Below, in pieces: positions 9,401 to 20,000 of a stretch of DNA of 20,000 nt. The notes under the pieces were generated by a model. It was not told the DNA's origin, did not search any database, and worked only from the letters and a program-made list of their open reading frames with translations. The stretch comes from Perkinsus olseni (lineage: Eukaryota). The stretch's first letter is position 1, and every line of letters begins with the position of its first letter. A program made the position numbers and the translations under genes. Where the stretch lies: the NCBI GenBank assembly GCA_013115125.1, contig JABANN010000077.1, positions 59,425 to 79,424 of the forward strand, read 5' to 3'.

Positions 9401-10812
9401 CATCAAAATACTTCAATAATGAGGAGGACACACCCTGAAACAAAAAACGTCTCGCTCTCTCCGGACGACAATAGAAAGATCTCAAGAGCACCGCAATGGG
9501 CTACATCAGCGAGTTATGCCGGACGAAGTTCTGATTCCTGGACAGGCTCCGCTGCGCGAGGGCACAGATAAAGTAGAGTAGCAGGGGAATGGTTGGCTCA
9601 CGTGAATTCCCAGATCGTAGGAGCCATCCTTGTTCGTTCTGAACTGCAGCCTATCCATCATCAGCGAGAATAGATCAGCTTGAGCACGAAGCAAGTTACT
9701 ACTACCGACCAGACACAGGCCGAACACCTGAGAAAGAGTATGCTACTGATAATGCTGTAGCGATGCCGTAGACTTACGAACCAGTGGCAGAGTACCCCTG
9801 CCCACATCATCATCATGTAAGATGCAGTGTAACGGCCAGTGTAGCTGTAGGCCAGAAGCGCGATGTCGGATCCTGAACGACAGAGTTTGTGGAAAGTTGC
9901 GGACGCAGTGGAAGACTCACCGATCAGGTAAAGCGCCACCGCAAGGAAACTAACACTAGGGAAGATTCTCGAACTCATGCATGTGAGAAGCAAGACCATT
10001 GGGATGGGCATCGCCCTGGCCGGAGTAAAGGTCGAAGGGTCACCGACCGCACAGACGAACTCGCACACTAGCGTTAGTAGAATCGAAGTGGCCACTATGG
10101 TATGGGTATGCTTGACGGCGGGGTTGAGGAGTAATACAACACCTCCAAGCAGGAGCATCAACTGAAGGGAAGTGTGGGGGAGGGCAGCAGTGAGGAGGCG
10201 GTGGACTTACCGGCCCGAGTATGAAGTAGAAGTATCCCACCCAATTCTGGAATGGTTGAGCTAACAAAATCGCAGTCTCCTCATCTTGCTGTACAGCGGC
10301 TTTTGTGAGGAAATAAGTTGATAAATGCTCGGCCGTGTAGACAGCAAAACCAACAAATAGGAGGCACACCCAATAACGAAAGTTCCAATTATTAAATGCA
10401 TTCCAAAACTGCATTGAGAAGTTACCTGATTGGACGGAGATGATCACCTCAAGTCGGCCGCCGACCCCCAACTCACCCAGGAAGAGATACTCCCCGGCAT
10501 TCACATCTTTGGTTTCGCTGTCGGCGTCCTCATAAGCTCGACTAATCCTCAACAGCTCAGCAGGCGACAGACTACCATCAGACCCTATCCTCGGTAAGTC
10601 GGGCGGTTTACCTTGAAAGAGTAACATCAACGATACAGCTGGAGCGACAATAGGCACCAACTCCGCGTCACACGAGAGCAGGAAGCCCCACAGCAGCAAC
10701 GGTCGCTACATGGTTCTGAGTTCACTGCGGAAGCCTCCGTGGAGCCCTCAACGTCTGTCTGGACCCCATCGAAAGAGCTTTCGGGGGACTGTGCAAGATA
10801 GGAGCGAATCAT
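3477..10812 (-). CDS. Polytopic membrane protein-sterol 3-beta-glucosyltransferase-like (GT1) fusion, copy A, many exons
   Basis: Start MIRS (ATG 10812) is shared with copy B. Hydrophobic exons ~10430-7830 splice in frame into a linker and then GT motifs [17 protein letters not shown] (~7280-7235), [61 protein letters not shown]...SFFGDQ (~5230-5115) and [15 protein letters not shown]. Last exon ...[13 protein letters not shown]...GMAE* stops at 3477. Not every exon junction was checked. Confidence 0.8.
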
Positions 10813-11264
10813 CGGAAAGAAAACAGATGGAATAGCAGCACTGGCAAACACCCCCATGGCACTCCATGGCAAGCTGGCTCAACGCGAAGTCACAAGGGAT
10901 ACGAGAAAAAGGGATGAAAGCAAGTTTAACGAGAAAGAAGAACCGCCTGTTCCCAGCAGGCGTTCTCTGAGGCAGAATCGCGAACGACCCGCGAGACCGA
11001 AAATGAACAACGTTATTAAACTTCATCTAGTAGAAACAGGCCCAGCCGTTACAATCAACTGTCAGCCACCGATGGCATGAGGCCTTAGCACGACTCCGGT
11101 ATACTCTCGAGAACAGTGAGGAAAATGGCACCTGAGCAGCACTTGGCCGGTAACCATCAATCTCGTCTTCACTATGCCTCGGTGACGAGCGAGCTCCAGG
11201 CCCATTGCCTTGGAGGGCTAGAGAGAGTCTCGGCCACATTGCAGTGTGAAGGCCCGTGCTCACC

Positions 11265-12274
11265 TTAGGCCCCTCTTAGCGGTGTCTTCATGTTCCTATC
11301 ACTATCAGCACCAGCAAGAGCTCTGTCGTAGGGATTCAGCAAGGGTTCCTTGTAGGCGCTCTTAGCTGTGAGCTCGATACCAACGCCACGACGCTCGAAC
11401 AGCTGGCATGCTGCTTCGGCCATTGCCCGCACCCGAGCACGACTGAGGTAGGAACAGCTGAGCCCCTCTGCCAGCCCGTAGTCCTCCTACTTCGCCTCAA
11501 GCTCGCTCAGCGCCCGCTGTGTCCGTTCAGTGAGGAAGGCAAGCTCCTCCTCATCCAGCACCCTATCGTCGGCCCCTACGCTGCTCGCTGACACCGCCCG
11601 GACATCACCGTAATTCTGATCATCTACCAGAACCTGAGTAATCACTGCGCCTAGGGACTTACCAAACAGGAGCGTACCAGTCCCTTGAGCAACTCTGCGT
11701 CCGCCGTCTCCGCGTCCCGTCCTCCAAGCTGCCGTCCATCTAACATGTCACAGCGAGATGGCAGCACTAGAACCGCCCTCGTAGGCTACCTGGTGAGCCT
11801 TGGGCGAGCTGCGTCGCCACTCTCCAGCTATCACGCACGAAGACAAAGGGCGCGCACACGATGAAAACGACGAACTCCAGGATGCCCGCGACGACTCCTA
11901 CAGGGGGAGGGCCATCATGACGGAGATGACGTGGCGTGGCCCGAGGTGCTCACCGATGAGAAAGCCGCGGATGCCTCCAGTCTGACCACCCTGAACCATC
12001 CGCTTGAAGAGCCTTGTCGCAGCCTTCAGGCCTCGTACCTGCTCCAAGAGAGAGCGCTGAATCCGGAATAGAGAAGGTATCGAGAGCGATGGGGGAGGGA
12101 GCCGCATTGAGTGCTGGGGAGAGATAGCTTACGAAGTGAACATAGAGGATGCCTCCCCGAGTCCTTCCCCAATCGGCTGTCCTCAACGGCGCCACCAATA
12201 CCCCCTGGGACTCCGATAATGCTACAGCACAGACGGGGCCTGCCAAGAAGGGAGTGTGGGACTGGCAGTTGTCG

Positions 12275-12332
<58 letters not shown>

Positions 12333-15300
12333 CATAGTCCCACATCCCGTACTGTATCATGATACTCAGCAGCCCTCGGCCTGTATGATATATCATCCTC
12401 CTCCCATCTACCCATCACTCTACATAATTCACAAGTCACGAGTTCTAATGGCAACTGCCGTTGAAAGCCGAGAGCTCCTTCATGAGCACCCATACCTCGC
12501 TTTCGCTCCGACTGTAACAACAGACAAGGTCCCCGACACGACCCTCTACGGCGTAATGAGATCGCTCACCCGGAAGCTCTCTTGGAACCTCTTGGCTGCA
12601 CCCTTAGCACCAGCAGTGACGCTGAACTCCAAGCATTCCTTAACACTTTGCGCGGTCACTCGATCTCTCCGCAGGAACTTTCCCGCCCCATGCAACTGTA
12701 CTAGCCCACCTAAATAGCACGCACACATAACAGTACTCCGACAAAGGAAGGGCAACAACAGAACCGCCGCCTGCTGCAGTCCTTACCCCAGATCCACTGG
12801 TCCCCGAAGAAGGATATGACGGAGGTTGGTAGGCCGAAGTCCAACCCCATAGCCGTGGTACCAGCACCTCCATGATGCATAACAGCACAGCACTTAGGGA
12901 ATAGATAATCATGTGGTATACCTACAATGGAGGGGTACCGATAGTCGATAGGCTGATGATGATTATGTACCCGATAGGAAGGCTATGTTATCCTCTCCTA
13001 ATGCCTTCAATATATCATACTCCCATGTACCCTTGGCATCCTCTACTGATGATGAGCCCGAACAGGCATCACAGAATAGACCATTACTGAAATAGACCGA
13101 AACAATCGGCGGCAAGAACCAATCCGGACGGAGCGCCTCACTCAGCCCAATCGCCAGCCGACACTAGAAAAGCTCCAAGGAACGGGTGGATTTTCGGAAA
13201 GAAACAACGACGTTACTGGTGCCACCAAAGCGCTAGTGCAACCCTCTTTAGAGCTTACTGTGTGTACGAAGCGTCGTTCGTATGACACTTCGGGCAGAGT
13301 TCAGGAGGTGTGGCAATCAGGAACACTCTCTCCCGAAAATCTGAGGCAAACACGCGTGCCCAGTACGGTCTGTATACGGATATTGTATCATATGCTCACT
13401 CGGTATGGCGGCGAAATCCTGAGCGGTTAGATCATTCAGAGTACACCATCCCTTCTGAAGGACAACTCTGAGATCGGGCATCTCCTTAACGGCCTGTAAG
13501 ATGGGCTTGTATCTGAGCAACCGAGTGATGGGCGTCACTGCGCCACGAAATTGCATCTCACATGTAGGAGAGGTCCCCGCTGATGCTGCCGAAACCGATG
13601 TAGAAAGGCTTGGGCCCGCTGCTCAGGAACTTGGCGAGGTTGGAAGGCGGGACGTAGGAGGTGTTCTCTTTATCTGATGGAAAAGAACGCTTCCACGATG
13701 ACCGCGCGCCACGAAATTGTCAATAGGTGGAGTAAGTTGTACATCCTTTGGAGCACACGCCGGTGATCTCAATGTTCGGGCCCCAATCCGGAGGCTTCGG
13801 AAAGAGGGACGGCGAGAAGCAGTAGGAGAAGGGCACCTGTGACGAAGGACCAGCGTGCCATACTTATGACTCAGTCAAGCGACGAAACCGATAACGCACA
13901 GCGGAGAACGCAATTCTCAACTGAATGCGGAATGCCCAGAGACTCCTTCGGACCCCATCCCGGCCTTCCCACGAACGAGGCGGTCGATAAACTTAGTATC
14001 GTACCGTTCATCATCGAAATGCCACACGAAGCCTCGTGCCAACCCGAGACATACAACGACCGAAAACGACGAAGTGATGACGAAACTTACCCCCCAGTTC
14101 TCCAAGAGGGACCCGGCGCTGTGCCACATGCCTATCTTAGGTATGTGCAACACCTTCTCCCGGAACTCATTCACCGCTGCCGCCATACCGTGCCATTGCA
14201 TCTGGCACGACCACCCGTTAATACAGCGCAATTATAAAGCCTCTCTCATCAGTTGAACCGAGGCCACTGTACGGATTAGCTTTTTCACGCTACCTGGTCG
14301 AACCAGCTGTAGCTGAGCAGCCTCCAGTAGGCATTTTCATCCAGCTCCTTAGAGCTCATCGGATGCCCCAACAACTTCGTCCGTGACCACGGCATAGGGA
14401 AGAACCTAATTGCAGCACAGACACCCTCCACCGTCGATATCGAGACGACAGAAGCAACATACATATGAAGAGGCACCCCCAGCCTCTCAGCGATGTGAAC
14501 GTGCACGTAGGCAGGGGGATTGGAGATCATCGCATGCGTTACCCAACGCTTCTCGGGGTCACCTGAAGAGCTCGGAGATGTCCCGCGGGAACACAATTAT
14601 ACGGGTATGAACCAGTTGTAGAGGACAACTTGGCATTCATCGACTCCGTTATTGGGCACGTTAACGTCTAATATCCACGCTATCACCTACTACGATCACA
14701 TCGGAGCCCCAGAAGACCAAGTGTTCGAGATGAGCGGTTGCAAGGAAGAGCCAAGCGCTGCAGCAGAGCAGCTATGGGTCTCTCAAGGCTACTGTTCACC
14801 CTTTCCGCCTCACTTCTCACAGCAGCCCATGCTCCGATGTCATTGTTCTCCCATCCCGGTGAGAAGAACAGCTCACGCACAGACTGCATCATCTCAGTTG
14901 TGTGCTGCAGAACGAAGGACATGTCATGGGGGCTGATGAGGAACCCTGGGCTCCAGGAGGGGCTCTCAGCGGCGTATCTGGCGGACGAGTTGCTGAGTCC
15001 GACAACGTCACGTGGTCTAACCCACCGCATCAGAACCTCTGGCTGCCAATGACCTGGGGCATCGAGGGCCATGGGGAAGAACTCTACGCCTTCCTTCTCT
15101 ACGATATCCCGGAATTTATCATGGGTGCAGATACGACAATGATGACCCATCGCATTGAGCTCCTGTGAGGTGAAGGAATTATGGTATTGATGTGGTTGAG
15201 TTATTACCTTGGAAATGGCGATATAGGGCTCGACATCTCCTCGACTGCCGACATCAATGAGGGTGATATTCATCCGAGGGACGTTATTACCCTCCGGTCG

Positions 15301-18300
15301 AGGGAACATTATCGGTACCTAGGGAGGAGAGGTGCGCCTTATCCAGTCTGATGGGCTACTGATGGTACCAAGTCTGGACGACGACGTACGATGCCGTTAA
15401 TGACAACTTGCAGTCTGTGCATTCTCGTCTCAATAACACCTTCACCAGCATGATCAAGATTATCGAAACTCAAACATATGTATCTGGCCGAGAGATCTCT
15501 CACGGAGTCGGTCCAGTGGAGCCCGAAGGTGCTCACTGTTGCCACTCTAGGGGTTCCCTTTCAGCATCCTCAACTAGAAGATCCCTCAGCCTTCGAGTTG
15601 ACTGTAAAGACAGGTAAGAACCTACGCATTGTCATGCGCACCGCGGTGGGCCGACTGAGTACTCCTACTTTTCCCTTGATGCACTCGGAAGTAGTACATA
15701 GTCTTGGCATTGAATTCTGTAGCACATCCCTCCACAGATACATACGTATCAGGAGAGGTGGGGACTTTATCCCGGGACATGGCCCAGAGTAGTCGCCAAT
15801 GACTTTCAAGATTTAGGGTGTATAGGAAAGCTGAGAGAAGACAAGTCGAGCGGCGGAGGGTCGACAAGACTACTCACCGACTGCAATGACTAAAACGAAG
15901 TTGACTAAGTCGGCCATGGACAAGAAGACGGATGGATGCTCAAGCCAGAACTCCGAGCTGACCACAACGTGAAGGATTCGGAAGGAAACCCGTGGAATTG
16001 CAATCGTGCAGGCAGATTCACCTTAGAATAACGCCGGTGGTAACGATGACGTCGATGCACAGGAGAGGCAAGACGCCAATATGGGACATGCTTACATGGC
16101 TGGCTATAATAGTAAAGAGTCCCTGAGAAGCGACGTGTCTTCAAGCATGACCGTGCGTGAAGCCCCACTACCGGATCTGTAGCCCAAACCATGCGCATCA
16201 TGACTGGCGCGTAGTGAACCGCGTCCACGGCGTCCGACTTCCACTGGAAGGAAAGAGAAGCTGAGCGAGGAGCGGCGACAGTCGTCGTCACGCCCTACCT
16301 CCTCAACTGCCCGGCCGAAATTATAGATATACACACAGGAAAACATCGCTGTCGAGACGAAGAAGAGCAAACCAGCGGTCACCAGTCGCCGAGGCTTGCC
16401 AAATGAAACGACAGTCAGACAGACCGATATCAATAGTAGTAGGGCACTCACGACCTGGACCTGTGAGAGAACAAAATGGTACGCAAAGTCGATAGGAGGC
16501 GACCCAGCTTACCACAACTCCCGATACCGTACTGGCGGTGTTACCATCAGGGCCAGCATGGAAATCAGCCGCCACGAAGATCATTGCAGCAATCAACCTA
16601 CACAGTCGGAAGAGAATGCTACCACAGCTGAACCCGTCAAGGGCTCTTACAGGACGACTCCTATGATGGCCCACCGCATATGTCGAGTAACCCAGAACGT
16701 TTGCCGGGATCGTGCCCACAGACGATAGCTGAGATGGTGACACAGTCGATAGGCTTATCTACACGCGGTGGTCTCACTCCTTCTCGTCTATCCTCTTACT
16801 AAACGCTGGTGAGTAGGCCGCCTTGTAGTTATCCTCGAAGTAATTCAACATGGGAGCACTCACATCCTGAGAGGGGCAGTCACCATGACCTAGTGGAAAG
16901 TCCACATCACTGTATCGTCACGCGCCATGATTTCAAGGCTGACGATAGCAACACATGATCCGAGTAGAAGGAGTAGCATGTACCGTATATAAGACTACAG
17001 GCTAGATTCGTGTGTGCAATCTACTGGCGATACGGAACAAGTGACGACTCTCCCAACGTGAAGCATCGGGACGACCCGGAGTCCGCAAGCAGTACTGCAG
17101 TGATAATCGCTATCCAGCCCTCATCACAGGTGGTTATGGACAGAATTGAGAGCCAGTCCTCCCACGGCCGCAAGGATGAACTCTAACCATGGACTTACAT
17201 GAATGCCCAAGTCGTAAGACCCATCTTCATTTTTCCTAAACTGCAGCCTATCCATCATTAGATAGAACAGATCAGACTGAGCCCGAAGGAGGTTACTACT
17301 ACCAACCAGACACAGGCCGAACACCTGACGAGGGATGGTGAATACACGCAAGCCGATACCGGCAACCACTTACGAACCAATGACACAGCACGCCGGCCCA
17401 CACCATCATAGTGTAGGGAGCTGGATACTCACCCGAGGAACTATAGACGATGAGAGCGATATCAATGCCTGAGAGGAAGACCATCTAGTAATCACTCTCC
17501 TCATACCCTATCAAAGACAAATGCTCATTCCACCACTTCCAGAGACCGATCTTGTCACTCCAACAGCTAAGCGAAAAACTTGTCAACTCCAAACTCTCTA
17601 CAGCCACAAGAGGAGTCGAAGACTCCCAAGTGATTATAACGCCAATGAGTCAAGACAAACGTCGGCTGAGGCCAAGATTCCGGCCCAGGACTTCCGGAGG
17701 AAAGAGAAATTCAGTATCTCATCTCTGACAATAGCGTGCCGCATGAGCTCGAGATATAAACTGCCTACGACTAAGAGCAAAAAATAAGAGCTCCTACGCA
17801 CCCCCTCCTGAGCGGTTATGATAGCTTACCTATCATGTAGAGGGCCACCGCGAGGAAGCTAACACTTGGGAACAGTCTACTGCTCATACTCGCCAGAAGC
17901 AGGACCATCGGGATGGGCATGGCGCGGGTAGCCGTGACCGTGAAGGGGTTACCGACCGCGCACATGAACTCGCAGATCAAGGTCAAGACAACAGAGATGG
18001 CCACTATGGTATGGGTATGCTTGACGGCGGGGTTGAGGAGTAATACAACACCTCCAAGTAGGAGCATCAACTGAAGGGAAGTGTGGGAGAGGGCAGCAGC
18101 AGTGAGGAGGTGGACTTACCGGCCCGAGTATGAAGTAGAAGTATCCCACCCAAGTTTGGAATGGTTGAGCCAACAGAATCGCCGTCTCCTCATCTTGCTG
18201 TACAGCGGCTTTTGTGAGGAAATAAGTTGATAAATGCTCGGCCGTGTAGACAGCAAAACCAACAAATAGGAGGCACACCCAATAACGAAAATTCCAATTA

Positions 18301-18686
18301 TTAAATGCATTCCAAAACTGCATTGAGAAGTTACCTGATTGGACGAAGAGGATCACCTCGAGTCGGCCGACGACCACCAACTCACCCAGGAAAAGATACT
18401 CCCCGGCATTCACGTCCTTGGTTTCGCTGTCGGCATCCTCATAAGCTCGACTAATCCTCAACAGCTCAGCAGGCGACAGACTACCATCAGACCCTATCCT
18501 CGGTAAGTCAGGGACTTTATTCTGAGCGTCACCTGAGCACTTTCCACATCAAAATCCACCTGCCGCCCAAGCCAGCTCACCATCGCTCGATTGCGAGGCG
18601 TACGGCACGTCAGCTGCAACGCCGGCGTTATCATACACCCCACCAAACGAGGCCTCAGTGGATGGTACAGGGCACGAACGAATCAT
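11265..18686 (-). CDS. Polytopic membrane protein-sterol 3-beta-glucosyltransferase-like (GT1) fusion, copy B (tandem paralogue)
   Basis: Same exon order and splice phases as copy A where checked: MIRSCPVPSTEASFGG..., membrane exons, GSRGDVEPY (~15245), [44 protein letters not shown] (~12880-12797). Last exon ...FERRGVGIELTAK...PLRGA* with TAA at 11265-11267. Confidence 0.8.
12274..12330. repeat. (GTT)19 / (AAC)19 microsatellite within a copy-B intron
   Basis: Perfect 57-nt run inside the GTAAAC...GGCAG intron 12240-12333. Copy A has only (GTT)3 at 4666-4674. Confidence 0.95.
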
Positions 18687-18818
18687 ACCCGGGGGCCTGG
18701 GGGAGAGAACACTTACAACTACCATGCCAACATGATACCCATTGCCGTACTAAACGCAATCCACCCCTAGATGTGAGCGAGAACTGTGCAGAATACTACA
18801 GAGTAAAAAACTAGAAGA

Positions 18819-20000
18819 TCAGGCAGAAGTCAGAGCGCCATGCAGTAGTTCTCGGCATTCGCTTCCCCCCTCTGCGGCGCACATCTCCTTAACCACCGGA
18901 TCCTTGGCCATAGCAAAGGCAAGGGACCGGGGGTCTTTCGAGGCCACACACATCGCAAGCACATGACGAGGCCAGGCAAGAGAGAGGAAGAGTGAGAATA
19001 GCCGCCGTGACGCAGCTAGGCCTGCGTCGCCATCTGGGCACCTAACATAGAGCACAAAGTCAATAGATTTTATCGCCAGGATCTACTTTCATGATTGACC
19101 CCATCTTGAACGAATACGTTTGTCTAAATATAAAATTGTTTTAGCATAAAAATGGCACAAAAATGTGAAATGGCACAAAGATCAGACTATCAGATCATAC
19201 ACACGTTGAAGCGAACTATCAAAGTGCTTGCCATTTCGATATGCAAATCGCGAAATGCGACGTAACTTTTAGGATTTTACGAATATGGAGTTGGGACTTC
19301 AAAGGAACATGATGAAGAGAACAAATACTGGATGTCATTCAATATTCGTTCTCTCTATGTTCCTCCAAAGTTCCAGCTCGATATCCGTCGAGTCCTAGAA
19401 ATTACGCAAAATTTCGCGAATTGCATATCGAATCGTAGGTTCCCGACTGTCCTCGACCCAACTGTCCCCGACTGTAGGTTTTATAGAGTTTTTTCCGTCT
19501 TAGCCTCTTTCAGTCCGAATATTGATGAAGCATACTAGTGTACCTCTCCCTAGATACCCTATGAGTTGCAGGTCCCATCTCGCTGTGGTGGATGAGAAAT
19601 CTGAACCGTAGTAGCACTAGGCACAAATTTCTTATCATATACATGAACTCAATAATACTCATACTGCTCTTATCCTCATTTTCCTACGCATAAACGAATC
19701 ACACACTGATCGAAGCGAACTGGCTGTCCATGGTCATCAAGCCCACACCAGGCCCACAACTACCTTCCGTCCTCCGTCGAGTTATCGTCCTCATCGCCAA
19801 CCTCGGCCAAGTTGACCATACCAACATCGGCCTTGGCATACCCTGGGGATCTATCGCATACCATCAGACCACGCATCGAGCGCACCACGGAGTCGAAGCT
19901 GACCACAGCTGGTTCCGGAACTCCATCCAGGAACTCCCTGGCCGTGCCGTCCTCACCGAAGCAGCTGAGCAGGTCAACCCATCTACACTCAGCCACCAGC
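18819..20000 (-). CDS. Hypothetical protein, last two exons (5' part beyond right edge)
   Basis: Exon ending at 19764 (...EDDNSTEDGR) joins in frame over a GTAGTT...TTAG intron (19042-19763) to exon 19041-18819 (CPDGDAGLAASRRLFSLFLSLAWPRHVLAMC...HGALTSA*). No family recognised. Confidence 0.6.
19235..19432. repeat. ~200-bp imperfect palindrome (two ~100-bp inverted arms, almost no spacer) in an AT-rich intronic insert; possible MITE/foldback-type element
   Basis: Left arm TTCGATATGCAAATCGCGAAAT...CGTAACTTTTAGGA...GGAACAT...GAGAACAAATACTGGATG versus the reverse complement of the right arm TTCGATATGCAATTCGCGAAAT...CGTAATTTCTAGGA...GGAACAT...GAGAACGAATATTGAATG. Centre ~19335. Confidence 0.85.

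Larger units (their letters stand above)
3477..18686. repeat. Direct tandem gene duplication, unit ~7.8 kb
   Basis: Collinear matching blocks at an offset of ~7.6-8.0 kb, e.g. 5101-5417 vs 12783-13097, 7029-7499 vs 15038-15488, 10088-10600 vs 17998-18510. Confidence 0.95.

Noticed and set aside
11950-12717. Poly-Q, poly-N, poly-V, poly-C and poly-L proteins in the ORF track
   Set aside because: All are translations of the intronic (GTT)19 microsatellite.
17040-17130. Box C (GTGATGA) suggesting an intronic C/D snoRNA in copy B
   Set aside because: No CTGA D box or terminal stem found at a suitable distance.
18697-18716. 20-nt GTAAGT...CAG mini-intron in the copy-B 5'UTR
   Set aside because: Far shorter than the other introns here (about 45 nt and up where measured); only the acceptor half is considered plausible.
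19500-19545. Helitron 3' end (CTAG at ~19535)
   Set aside because: No GC-rich subterminal hairpin before the CTAG and no definable 5' end.
1-20000. CRISPR array, prokaryotic operon or transposase/reverse-transcriptase gene
   Set aside because: No regularly spaced repeats or mobile-element protein motifs seen; the sequence is spliceosomal-intron-rich eukaryotic DNA.

Overview
Intron-rich, gene-dense eukaryotic (protist-like) DNA. The many ~45-60 bp GT-AG introns and short intergenic gaps resemble a perkinsid alveolate, but the organism is inference only. All five genes are on the minus strand, and most short ORFs in the track are exon fragments or shadow frames. From left to right: (1) DNA polymerase alpha B subunit (POLA2-like), whose 3' end runs off the left edge and whose one enlarged intron holds a degenerate tRNA-Ala(UGC)-like Pol III element; (2) an intronless, compact Vms1/ANKZF1-like gene; (3,4) two tandem ~7.4 kb paralogues that I spliced by hand into one large protein each, combining a polytopic N-terminal membrane region (~10-12 hydrophobic segments), a soluble linker, a sterol 3-beta-glucosyltransferase-type GT1 domain and a CxxC...CxxC/hydrophobic tail; (5) the last two exons of an unknown gene, whose 722-bp intron contains an AT-rich insert with a ~200-bp palindrome. 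The best candidate for something undescribed is the membrane-domain/sterol-glucosyltransferase fusion. Its two copies also show a patchwork of near-identical and diverged blocks, copy-specific enlarged introns and apparent 3'UTR introns.
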